Of a stretch of 64,000 bases of DNA, positions 24,634 to 36,750 are shown piece by piece (position 1 is the stretch's first letter; each line of letters starts with the position of its first letter). The notes under the pieces are model-generated. The model saw nothing but the letters and a program-made list of their open reading frames with translations. It had not been told where the DNA came from and did no database searches. Source of the stretch: Chiloscyllium plagiosum (Eukaryota); NCBI RefSeq assembly GCF_004010195.1, contig NC_057717.1:105065904-105129903 (forward strand), written 5' to 3'. A program made the position numbers and the translations under genes.

Positions 24634-27174
24634 CTGTCTTTCACAAAGCTGGACATGAGTCATGCGTACCTGAAATTGTGATTAGATGAGGATTCCCAGA
24701 GGTATGCTACAATTAATACCCAATGTAGAAGACTGCCTTTTGGGGTAGCATCAGCCTGTGCCATTTTCCAGCAGACAATGGAGAACACTTTACAAGGTCT
24801 AACCCAGGTCAACACTTATCTGGGTGATGCACTAATAACCAGGAAAACCAAGAAAGAACATTTAAAGAACTTGGACAAAGCATTTAAGCATTTCTCCATG
24901 GTGGGTGTTCATCCAGGCACTCTAAGTGACCTGCTTGGGCTAAGAGTCAACAAGACCAAGCTACACTTATTGGAAGATAAAATAAGGGCAATCAAAGGTG
25001 CCCCAGCTCCCATGTCTGTATGGGAGTTTAGGTATTCCCTTGAGTTGGTAAATTATTACGGAAAATACAAATGTAACCTGGCCTCCAGCCTGACACCCTT
25101 ACATCCAGTATCAATAAAGAGTCAGCCTTGAAAATGGTCTCATAGCCAAGATGCAACTTTTAGGGAAGCGAAGAAACAGCTATCATCCTCTAAGGTCACA
25201 CTACGATCCTAAGCAAGATGTGATGCTGTCATGCGATGCCTCCCCATATAGTATCGGGGTAGTGTTAGCTCACCAGCGCCATGGGAGAGGAACACCTGAT
25301 AGCGCATTCTTCCTAGACGTTGGCTAGTGCTGAACAAAAATACACCAAGATAGAGAAGGAAAGTTGGATGGTCATCTTTGGTGTGAATAAGTTCCACCAA
25401 CACCTTTATGGGCGTACATTTGTAATAGGAATGTACCACAATCGCCTGCTAGGTATACTTAAAGAGGACAAGGCTGTGCCACCCATAGCTTCAGGCCGAA
25501 TAAGTGGGCTCTTATTCTGAGTGCTGACAGTTACATGTTGGTACACTGTTCGGGAGGCCAAGTGGCAAATATGGATGCCTAGAGCCACCTCCCTCTGGCA
25601 GATACTCGATTGCTAGTACTGCCACTAGAAGAGCGTCCACTCTGCTTTTAAGCTTTCTGGACACCCTTTCTGTCACCACTGACGATATCAGACTGTAGAC
25701 ACAAAGCAATCCCGCCTTGACAAAACCAAAATAGCTGGCGGTGATTGGGGAAACAAAAGGGCCATCGCAACCAGAACTAATTCCTTTCTGCACCCATCGA
25801 GACCATAGAGGATGGCATATTATTATGGGGAGCAAGAGTAATTGTCCTGAACAAAGTTCACCGCCAGCTACTGGATGAACTCAACTCGGATTATCCAGAG
25901 GTTTCCAAAATGAAGATGTCAGCAAGAAGTTATGTCTGGTGGCCAGAATTGGATGCCAACATAGCTGCAATGGTGGGGCAGTGCCCAGAGTGCCAACAAA
26001 GACAAGAATTAATACCAGCAGCTCCCCCACATTCATGAGAATGGACTCTGTTACTCGTCGACTTCACCAATCCTTTCATGGGGTCTATATTCTTAGTCAT
26101 TGTGGAGTTCATTCAAAATGGTTGGATGTGCAAAGAGCTCATTTGTCAAACATGGGGATGACAACTGAACAGCTGCAAACATCTTTTGCAATCCACAGAC
26201 TCCCGGGGGTGTTGGTCACAAACAATGGGCCATCATTTACCAGCAAGGAATTAAATTATTTTCTAAAGTCAGTCAGCATTCAGCATGTAAGGACAACTCC
26301 ATATTATCCATTGTCCATACAATCTGGCGGAAAGAGCAGTCCAAACTTTGAAGGCAGACTTAAAGAAACAGCCTACAGCTTCACTTGATACCAAACTGGC
26401 CCAGTTTCTGTTTGATTATTGAAACACCCCTCATACCACGACAGGGGCTACTCCAGCAGAGTTGTTAATGGCGAGATGACTCCACCCCAGGTTAAACCCA
26501 ATCTTCCCAGACCTAGGGGAGAGGGTAAAACGGCATCAGGAATGCCAATGCTGAACACAAGAATCCACTAAACAAGAGAGACGGTTTACTTCAGGGGGCA
26601 AAGTTTTGGTGTTGAAACCATGGAAATGTTCCTGCATGGGTGAAAGGCATGGTCGACGTGAGAGCAGGTCTCATGACATACAGGTACAAGAGGTGATCCT
26701 GAACAAGCATATGGACGATATGAAATCTGCAACCTCCCAAACAGAGCAGGAGCAAAATATATCTAGCCCTTCAGAACATCAGGCAAGGCTGTCAGAACCC
26801 ATGGGCTCTCCCATGTGTCTAGCACCGAAGAAACTTCCAAGGACAGAATGAAAATGGCAGATGTCGCAGCCTCGACGCCATTATCACCTGAAGATTTATT
26901 TCTTCTGAAATGCTCTGGGCACAAGAGGCAGGCTACAGTCCAGTACGCCTCACCAGAATCCAAGGCAGAGTTAGGGGAACCAGACGTGGTGCGAAAACAC
27001 CCCACGAGAAGCTGCAGAAAAAACAAGGGACCTATGTACCAGGACTTAGAGGGGGATGGATGTAGTGATTGGAACAAGGTCAGCCAGGCGGACCTCATAG
27101 AATGAGTTCTCTGGTTAGGACTGTTAATCTGGTCCAATTAGGGAGTCCTGACTGACAGGTATAAACAGAAGTGT

Positions 27175-28134
27175 AAAAAATAAGCACTACCGCACTTAGG
27201 TGGTAGTGTGGGGGTTTAAAAAATATATAAACAGGAGATTGTCACTAAAAAAAAATAAACAGAAGTGTACACGGTCTCCACCAACACCCTGCAGTTGTTC
27301 AGGGAGAGGTGGGCACCGCAGGGAGTGGAGTGCATTATTTCCCCCTCCAACTCTATTTTGATTTAGTCCCTACCCTCCCCTTCACTGTTTGATCACACAG
27401 CACTGCCCTTTGATGTGAAGGGCAGTGTTTGTCACTGGCCACCCGGGTGTTTTCCTATCTTCCTGGTGGTGGAATTTGAATAAAGATTCGTGCACTTTGT
27501 GTCTTTCACTGTGTCTTACACCTGCACACACACACCATGGGTGCTGGGGAAGAAAATAAGCACTACCGCCGTTAGGTGGAAGTGTGGGGGTTATAAGAGA
27601 AAAAAAAATAAACAGAAGTGTACCCGGTCTCCACCAACACCCTGGAGTTGTTCAGGGAGAGGTGGGCGCCGCGGGGAGTGGAGTGCAGTATTTCCCCCTC
27701 CAACTCTATTTTGATTTAATCCCTGCCCTCCCCTTCACTGTTTGATTACACAGTGGGGGTAAACAAAAAATACAAGAGTGTCAGAGTTTCTGCTCACTCT
27801 AAAAAAAAGAAAAAAAAAGTAAACAGAAGTGTCCCTCCCCTTCACTATTTGATCACACTGCATTGCCCTTTGATGTGAAGGGCACTGCTGGTCACTGGCC
27901 ACTCGGGTGTTCCTTTCTTCCTGGTGGTGGAAATTGTATAAAGATTCATACACCTTGTGTCTCTCACTGTGTCTCATACCTGCACACACACAACATGGGT
28001 GCTGGGGAAATAATAAGCACTACCACAGGTAGGTGGTAGTGTGGGGGTAAACAAAAAAAACAAGAGTGTCAGAGTTTCTGCTCACTCTGACAGGCTATAG
28101 CGTGGGGGAAAAGGAGAAAAGAAAAAGAAAAAAG
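27175..28134 (+). mobile_element. Stacked 5'-truncated Tx1-like non-LTR retrotransposon 3' ends inside the Gypsy 3' LTR
   Basis: ORF end TVSTNTLQLFRERWAPQGVECIISPSNSILI* (27271-27366) resembles Tx1-clade ORF2 C-termini (recalled similarity); AATAAA, terminal hairpin, GGGGG and poly(A); units separated by TAAACAGAAGTGT. Confidence 0.75.
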
Positions 28135-28629
28135 AACAGGAAAGTCAGGGGTTCTGTTCACTCTAGTAGTTAGCTCTGAACTAGCTGGTAATGTACTATG
28201 CACATGTAACTAAACAGTGACTTGGTGATGGGATACCGGCCTTTCAGGTTACAGCACAGGAGCCATTGGCTGGTCATGTTGACTCCCTGGTAGAACTATT
28301 TATTTATAATTCCATTCCTCCCTACCTTCTTGAATCACTTCACATTCTTCCTTTCCAGAAAAGATTCCAATTCTCTTCTGAATGTCTTTACTATACTCTG
28401 GGATAGCGCATTCCAGACCTTAACCACATGTTACATGAAAACTATTTACCTCATGTCACCTTTGCTTCTTTGCCAATTACTTTAAATCTGTGAGTGTAGT
28501 TGTGGTCCAGAGTCATACAGCACAGAAACACACCCATCAGTCCAATTTGTCCAAGCCAACCAGACATCCTAATCTAACCTTGCACCTTATACCAATATTA
28601 ACAGTTTATTTCTGTTTTCCTGGAGTATT

Positions 28630-29110
28630 CTATGTCCAAATGCAGCAATATTTGAACAATATCTAGGTGTGGACTGACAATTGGTAAATAATGTTTGCAC
28701 TACTGAAGTACAAGGCAATGATCATCTGACAAAAGAGGATCTAACCTTTGTCCCTTCACATTTAATGCCTTTACCATCACTGAAACCCCACTATCTCAAT
28801 ATCCTTGCCATTGACCAGAAATTAAAATGGACCAGCCATATGGCAACAAGAGCAGGTCGGAGGCTAGGAATTCTACAGCAAGGAACTCACCTCCTGACTT
28901 CCCAGAGCATGTCTACCATCTGCCAGGTACAAATCAGGCATGTAATGAAATACTCCCCGCTTGCCTGAATGGGTGCAGCTCCAACAACACTCAATAAGCT
29001 TGGCACTATCCAAGACAAAGCCACCACCTAGTTGGCATCACATCCATAAATGTTCACTCCCTGCACCACCAGCACTTAGGAATAATACTTTATACTGTAT
29101 GCCCTATTCA
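28630..29110 (+). mobile_element. CR1-group LINE 3' fragment (family of 1-2555)
   Basis: IDQKLKWTSHMATRAGRRLGIL...VMKYSPLA. Confidence 0.75.
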
Positions 29111-29139
29111 AGATGCTGAACACTTTATTAAAGCTTTAA

Positions 29140-30266
29140 ACTATTAGGTGAGGAGAAGGGGATTCCTAAGTAGTAGTAAGATTAGAAAGGCAGATGAGAA
29201 TTAATGAAAGCAAGTTAATTAGAAAAGGTAGGCAAGAGCATGAAAGCAAAGAACCTTACAGGTAAAAAAGATGAACTCAGGGTATGATGGGAACATGGGA
29301 TGGGGATATCATAGCTCTTGCAGAAACATGGCTTAGAGAGGGACAGGATTGGCAGCTCAATGTTCCGGGGTTTAGATGCTAAAAGAAGGTTAGAAAGGGA
29401 GGTAGTGCTAGTGGTAGTGGTTCTGGTGGTGATGGTGTTGGGGGGAGTCTTTTTGATTAGGGAAAACATTACCGTCGTACTTAAAGATGACATTTCTGAA
29501 GGATCATGCAGTGAAGCTATATAAGTGGAACTCAAAAATAAGAAGGGGACGATAACCTTGCTTGTACCACAGGACCCCCCAATAGTCAGCAGGAAATTGA
29601 GAAGCAAATAGGTAGAGAGATCTCAGATATATATAAAAATAATTGGGTTGTAATAATGGGGAATTTTAACTTTCCAAACACAAATTAGGCCTGCTATAGT
29701 GTTAAGGACTTGGATGGTAAGCAATCTGTTAAATACATTCATGAAAATTTTCTTTAGCAATATGTAGATGTACCTACCAGGGAAGGATCAAAACTTGACC
29801 TTCTCTTGGGAAATAAGGCAAAGCGAGTGACTGAAATGTTAGTGGAGCAGCACTTTGGGACCAGTGATCATAACTCTATTAGTTTTAAAATAGTTATGGA
29901 AAAGGAGATTCCTTGTATAAAAATTAAAGTTCTTAATTAGAGTAAGGCAGTTTTTGCCAGAATGGGACAGGAACTTTCAAAAGTTGATTGGAGTAGGTAA
30001 AGGGATGACTGGTAAATCGGAGGCTTTCAAAAGTGAAATAACAACAGTCCAGAGGCATTATGTTCCTGTTAGAGTGAAGGGTAAGGCTGGTAAGAGTAGG
30101 GAACAATGGATGAATAAAAATATTGAGTCTCTGGTCAAGAATAAGAAGGAGGCATGTGTTAGGTATGGTCGACTGGGATCATGTGAATCTCTTGGAGAGT
30201 ATAAGAACTGTAGGGGCATTCTTTACAGGGAAATCAGGAAGGCAAAATGGGGATCTGACATTGCCT
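29140..30266 (+). mobile_element. Decayed CR1 ORF2 endonuclease region
   Basis: GAAACATGGCTT (ETWL), WQLNVPGFRC, LDLLLGN, HFGTSDHNS remnants. Confidence 0.8.
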
Positions 30267-30349
30267 TGGTAGACAAGCAGGAGGCTGGAAGAACACAGCA
30301 AGTCAGGCAGCATCAGGAGGTGGAGAAGTCAACATTTCGGTTTTAACCC

Positions 30350-31760
30350 TTCTCCACCACTCAACAGGATCATGGTTAATCCGAAATGCCTCTTGTCCAC
30401 TTTCCTGCCCTTTCCCCATAACCCTCAATTTCCTTATTGATTAAGAATCTATGTATTTCAGCTTTCAATATACACAAGGGTTCTGTTCCCACAGCTCTCT
30501 GTAGCAAGAAACATCTTCCTGGTAGTTACCCTGTCAAGGTCCTTAAGAATCCTATATGTTTCAATGAGATCGCCTCTCATTCTTCTAAATTCCAAGCAAG
30601 TAGAGTCCCAACTTGTTCATAAGACAATCCTTCCATACCAGGGATTATCCTTGTGAACCCTCTCTAAACTGCCTTCAATAAAATTATATCTTTCCTTAAA
30701 TAAGGAGACCAAAACTGCTCACAGTACTCAGATGTGCAAAAAAGATGGTGGTATAATGGTAAAAGTCACTCGGCTTGTAACCCAGTGGGCTAGCTTAACA
30801 GCCAGGCAAAATAAGTTTAAATCCCACCATAACAGTTGGTGGAAATTAAATTCAGCAAAAACATGTGGAAAAATGAAGCTTGTATTAGTAATGGTGACAT
30901 TGTTTTTGGGATGGTACAATGGTTAGCACTGCTACCTCGCAGCGCTAGAGACCCGGGTTCGATTCCAGCCTCAGGTGTGGAATGTGCAGAGTTTGCACAT
31001 TCTCCCATTGTCTGCATGGATTTCCTCCAGGTGCTCCAGTTTCCTCGCACAGTCCAAAGATGTTCACGTTTGGTGGATTAGCCATGCTAAATTGCCCATT
31101 GTGTTCAGGGATGTGTAGGTTAGATGGATTAGCCATGGGAAATGCAGGGATATGGTAGGGGGAATATGTCTGGGTGGCATACTCTTTGGAGGGGTTGTGT
31201 GAACTCCATGGGCTGAATGGCCTGTTTCCATACTGTAGGGATCCTATGATTCTATTCTATGACACCAGCACAGTCACAGTTGCAGTACGATATACCTACT
31301 CTTATTATCCAACCCACTTTAAAAAAAGGCCAACATTCCATTATCCTTCCGGACTACCTGCTGCATCATTGTACTAGCTTTCTGTATTTCATGCACAAGT
31401 ACCTTAAAGTCTCTTTGTGTTGCAGCTTTCTACAGCTTTTCTCTTTTTAAATAACACTTCTTCTGTTCTCACTTCCAAAATGAATAACTTCACATTTCCC
31501 CATATTATACTCTATTTGCCAAATTTTTGCCCACTTATCTCTCTTAAGCTGTTTGTATCCCTTTTGCAAATTGCCTTTCCATCTACTTTTGTGTCATCCG
31601 AAAATTTGGCGAGAGAACATTCCCTTATTTCCTCCAAATCTTTAATATATTATAACTGCTGCAATCTCAGTACTGATTACTGTGGTACCCCATTGGTTAC
31701 AGGTCACCAACCTGAAAAAAAATGCCTTAACCCTCTCCCTGCTTTCTGCCCATTTGCCAA
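30350..31760 (-). mobile_element. Old CR1 3' fragment interrupted by an older tRNA-SINE (~30745-30900) and an HE1-like SINE (~30908-31262, +)
   Basis: CR1 RT on minus (plus text GTGTCATCCGAAAATTT = KFSDDT); SINE head GGTACAATGGTTAGCACTGCTACCTC with B box GGTTCGATTCC. Confidence 0.7.
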
Positions 31761-33639
31761 ATTAAGTGTTACTTCATGATTGAGAGGCTGTACTTTTTCA
31801 GTGCGAACATGAAGATACTGCTTTGGGATTTATTATGAACAAAAGGGTTAAAGCAAATCACAGAATCTCACCCTTCTCAGGCCAGTGCACTTTTTATTGC
31901 TATGAATTGTGGGGGCAGCTTTCTGAACTGAACTCCAACTGAGAGCGTGGTTGAAGCTGCCCATTCTCATTTCACAAAGGATCCTTGACAGCCTTTGGAG
32001 GTGACTTCTATCCCATCTGTCTCTGAACTCTTCTCTTCTATCTTTAATTTTGAAAAAGGGTTTTTAAACAGAGCATTGTAGGGAGAAGGCATATCAAGTT
32101 AATAACAGGTCAACATTAGCACAAATGGTTTTTAAAAGGCAAATCAGCAAGAGTAGCAGAATTAGTATCACGTTAATATTATTTTTTGATCAGGATAGAT
32201 TGCCAAGTCTTTTTTTTAAATCAAAGGTAGTCAAATATTCATTTTTATATTTGCTAGACTGTTACCTAGTTTACTGCTGCAGAAAATATTGTCAAAGACT
32301 CCGAAGATGGCATTTCAAAAATCAATTGTCATTGAGCTGATGGATGGCCCAGTGCCATCCATATGAATGTTTGTGATGTGCAATATTATAAGTAGCTTCA
32401 ACCCTTTTAGAAACCACAGTTATAGTGGTGTTTCTCCACACTATCAGATTAACCATTTATCATCCATTTTTATTATATAAAAGGACTTTTTTTACTCTGT
32501 GATGATTATCCATTTAAACTTTCATCCGTAGCTCGTGGGAATGCTCCACCTCACCCATATGGCCCAGCTGAGATCGTGGGTGAGAAGTGTGCACTGTCGT
32601 GTTATGGTGCACAGCATTAGAAACATGCCATGCCAATTGGGAACACAATCAAAATGCTGCTCAACTAACAGTTCGCTTTTATTACATTTATTTTAGTGAA
32701 AAACTACAGTACTTGTATAGATCACTCAACAAATTATTAATCTGCAAACAGCAATGGTGAGGAATGCTGGGGCATTAAATAGAATGGGGCGCAAAAAGCA
32801 CTTTTCATCCTCACTTCTTTAATCTCTTGACCTAAATTCTGAGATTTTTCAATTCTTCCGTATGATGTGGGTTTTGCAGTGTTTGCATTTGTTGCACCTT
32901 CTTAATTGCCCTTGAACTGAATGGCTTGCCTTTTCAGAGGGCAGTTAAGAATCGGCCACATTGCTCTCGGTTTGAAGACTTAGACTGGGGAATGAGCAGT
33001 TTTCATTCCTTAAAGAATATTAAATGAACCATATGGATTTTAAAACTATTAATGATAGTTTCATAGTCACCTTTACTAGATTAGCTTTATAATATTTCTA
33101 AATTTAATAAATGAATTTAATTTCCTACAACTGCCATGGTAGGATCTGAATCTATGTCCCTAAACCATTGTCAAAAGGCAGCCCCTAGTCCAGAATATGG
33201 CCCCTAAGGAACCCATGACTGTTGTTCCAAATACAAATAAGTGCTTAAGGAAGATTCTGCAAGGAGATACTCTTGCAATCATCGGATTTTTCTCTCCCAC
33301 CTTTGATGCTGATAGGTAGGAGATATCAAGGGGCAAGTTGTTTTCTAGGCGGGTGAGGGGCCAGGACTTCAGGTAGGAAAGCAGGCCAAGGGAAAAGGCT
33401 TCATGTAGGTGAACAAGACTTGGGAGAACGATAATCATTCCTTCAATTGAGGTGTTACCCGCATGAACGACTGTAATCAAGATGACAGAGCTGAGCCTGT
33501 GAAGCATGTGAGTGAGTGAGAGAGCTTGTTAGGCAGTGAGAAAGTCTGTGCAAGGAGATACGAATGAGCTGCTGGGGTGTGTGTGTGTGCCTGTGCGTGT
33601 GTGTGATGCGCAGCAGCAAAAGAGAGCAGGTTTCCACTG

Positions 33640-34212
33640 AACAAAACTAAATTGGACCAGTTGTATGGGTACTGTCAATACAAGAACAAGTCAAAGGCTA
33701 GGAATCTTGCAGCACATAACTCACCTTCCAATTCCTCAAATCCTGTCCACAATCAGGAGTGTCATGAAATGTTTCCACTTAGCTTGATGAGTGTCGATCT
33801 AACAATATTCAAGAAGTTTAACACCACACAGGACAGAGCAGTCCATTTGATTGGCACCACATTCATAAAAATCTACTCATTCTACCACCGATGCTCTTAC
33901 TACACATTACCGTTATCTGTAAGATGCACTGCAGAAATTCACCAAGGCTCCTTAGACAACACCAGCCAAACCAATGACTAGGACAAGGATAGTAAATAAA
34001 TGGGAACCATCCAGACTTAGGTGAATATTGACATTCTTCAGTGTCATTGGGTCAGAATCCTCAAACTCCTTCACTAACAGCATTGTGGGTTTTACCACAC
34101 CAAGTGGATTGCAACAGTTCGAGTTCACCACCTTGCTCTGAAGGCCAAATACAGATGAGCAATAATAAACTCTGCCCCAGTGAACAACACTCCCATGCCA
34201 TGAATAAATAAA
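33640..34212 (+). mobile_element. CR1-group LINE 3' end
   Basis: KKFNTTQDRAVHLIG; tail ...CCCATGCCATGAATAAATAAAA. Confidence 0.7.
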
Positions 34213-34569
34213 ATAATGTGCATGTGGGAGATGAAAGTATGTGCGTGAGTGTGGGGTACAAGTCAGAAAAATGAGTATGCTTGTATTGTGTGAGAGAAAA
34301 CAAGTGTGCGTACGTCTGCTTAAGTGTGTAAGGGAGTCTATGTGTATGTGTAAGGGAGAGGAAAATTGGGTACATAAGTGACAGCGTGTGTGTGTGAGAG
34401 AGAGTGTGAGGGAAAGGGAGAATGTGCACATGATATGAGACTTTTTTTGTATGAGTGTGAGAATAAGAGTGAGCTTGGATGGTGTGTATGTGTGCGAGGG
34501 TGAGTGAGTGTATGAGGAGAAGGAGTTTGTAAACAGGAAAAGAAGCAGTCACTTCATTGAGAGTTTCCA

Positions 34570-35570
34570 TAGCATCAAAGACACAGAGGAGCAGTTTGGG
34601 AGGCAGATTTTGGAAAGGTGCAGAAGTAACAGGGTTGTTGTCATGAGTGACTTCAACTTCCCTAATATTTATTGGAACCTCCTTAGTGCAAATAGTTTGG
34701 ATGGAGTAGAATTGGTCATGTGTTCAGGAAGGATGCCTGACTCAATATGTAGATTGGCAGATTGGGGGAGGTGGCCATATTGGATTTGGTGCTTCGCAAC
34801 AAACCAGGTCAGGTGTCAGATTTCTTGGTGGGACAGCATTTCGGTGATAGTGATCACAACTCTCTAACCTTTAATATAGTCATGGAGAGGGATAGGAGCA
34901 GACAGTATGGGAAAGTATTTAATTGCGAGAGGGGGAATTACAGTGCTGTTAAGCAGGAACTGGGGCACCTAAATTGGGAACAGATGTTCTCAGGCAAATG
35001 CACAAGAGAAATGTGGAGGTTGTTTAGGGAGCACTTGCTACAACTCCTGAATAGGTTTGTTCCACTGAGACAAAGATGGGTTGGGAGGGTGATGGAACCT
35101 TGGATGACAACAGGAAGGAACTGAAGAATGGACTTAGGAGAGCGAGAAGGAAGCATGAAAAAACCTTGGTGGGTAGGAATAAGGAAAACCCCAAGGCTTT
35201 CTACACTTATGTGAGGAACAAGAGGATGGCTAGAGTGAGGGTAAGGCCAATCGGTGATAGTGGAGGGAACTTGTGCCTAGAGTTGGAGGAGGTAGAGGAG
35301 GTCCTTGATGAATACTTTGCTTCAGTATTCACTAGTGAGAGGGACCTTGTCGTTTAGGAGGACAGTATTAAACAGGCTGATATGTTTGAACATGTTAATG
35401 TTAAGGAGGATGTGCTGCAAATTTTGAAAAAACATGAAGATTGATCATTCCCATGGGCCAGATGGGATATACCCAATGTTACTACAGGAAGCAAACAAAG
35501 ACATTGTTGCGCCTTTGGCGATGATCTTTGCGATCTCACTGTCCACTGGAATAGTGGCAGATAATTGGAG
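34570..35570 (+). mobile_element. Decayed CR1 ORF2 (endonuclease to RT linker)
   Basis: VVVMSDFNFPNI, AILDLVL, HFGDSDHNSL, KENPKAFYTYV, HGPDGIYP. Confidence 0.88.
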
Positions 35571-35571
35571 G

Positions 35572-36100
35572 ATGAACTCGATCAAACACATGGTAAATGG
35601 AATCCAAGTCAATGTGTTTGTTGATCGAGTTTCGGTTGGAGTGCCATGCTTCTAGGAATTCTCATGTATGTCTGGTTTGGCTTGTCCTCGGATGGATATG
35701 TTGTCCCAGTCAAAGTGGTGTCCTTCCTTATCTGTATGTAAGGAGACAAGCGAGAGAGGGTCATGTCATTTTATGGCAAGTTGATGTTCATGTATCCTGG
35801 TGGCTAGTTTTCTGCCTGTTTGTCCAATGTAGTGTTTGTTACAGTTCTTCTTACAGTCCACGTACCACCCCCTGAGAAAAAGAATAGGAAATGGCATCAA
35901 CACAGGAAATGGCATCACCAACCCAAGGAAACCCAAACATATAAATAGAAAGCAGGAAAGATCAGCAGTGCTTCATCTGGAGGCTCACTGATGGTGTTAC
36001 CTAGCATGGTGACGAAAAATCTGAAAATGAACCTTCCAGCTCAGCGAGCAAACCTACATCTAGAACCTCAACCTGAGCAACAAATCTTCTCAAAACTCGT
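35572..36100. mobile_element. Penelope-like element with 5' inversion (endonuclease remnant on -, terminal repeat on +)
   Basis: Minus strand EFLEAWHSNRNSINKHIDLD; plus strand degenerate hammerhead CTGATGG TGTTACC TAGCAT GGTGAC GAAA. Confidence 0.75.
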
Positions 36101-36750
36101 TAATCTACTCCCAAAAGTGGCTGAACCAATGTCCTGTACAGCTGCAACATGACCCCTCAGCTCTTATACTCATTGCTCTGACCAATAAAGCAAAGCATAC
36201 CAAACACCTTCACTATCCTATCTACCTGTGACTCCACTTTTAAGTAACCATGAACCTGCACTCCAAGGTCTCTGTTCAGCAACACTCCCCAGGACCTTAA
36301 CATTAAGTGTATAAGTCTGCCTTGATTTGCCTTTCCAAAATGCAGCACTTCACATTTATCTAAACTAAATTCCATCCACCACTCCTCAGCCCATTGGCCC
36401 ATCTGATCAAGTTGCAGTCTAAGGTAACCTTCTTCACTGTCCACTACATCTCCAATTTTGCTGTCACCTGCAAACTTACTAACTATATCTCCTATATTCA
36501 CATCCAAATCATTTATATAAATGATGAAGAACAGTGGATCCAGTACTATTCCTTATGACACACCACTGGTCACAGGCCTCCAGTCTGAAAGGCAACCCTC
36601 CACCACCACCATGTCTTCTGCCTTTGAATCAGTTCTGTATCCAAATAACTAATTCTCCCTGTATTCCATGTGATCTAATCTTGCTAACCAGTTTATCATG
36701 AGGAATCTTGTTGAATGCCTTATAGATCATGTCCACCGTTCTGCCCTCAT
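36100..36750 (-). mobile_element. CR1 RT fragment
   Basis: VSKFAGDSKIGDVVDSEEGYLRLQ...KCEVLHFG. Confidence 0.85.

Larger units (their letters stand above)
22461..28246 (+). mobile_element. Gypsy LTR retrotransposon, decayed provirus 1 (gag/protease lost)
   Basis: 5-bp TSD GGTTA (22456-22460, 28247-28251); 5' LTR remnant 22461-22535; RT (VPIVKPNRSVHLCGDFK, YLGDALI), RNase H (AEQKYTKIEKE), integrase (VTNNGPSFTS); polypurine tract AGAGGGGGATGGA then 3' LTR TGTAGTGATTGG at 27061 ending TTTCA. Confidence 0.9.

Noticed and set aside
27160..28140. Repeat-spacer pattern resembling a CRISPR array or satellite
   Set aside because: Eukaryotic context; spacers are homologous to each other, variable in length and A-tailed, and the 13-bp repeat is the LTR's own sequence.
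33490..34570. Long His/Thr/Leu-rich ORFs (33952-34431, 34061-34570)
   Set aside because: Translations of degenerate GT/GA low-complexity DNA plus a LINE tail.
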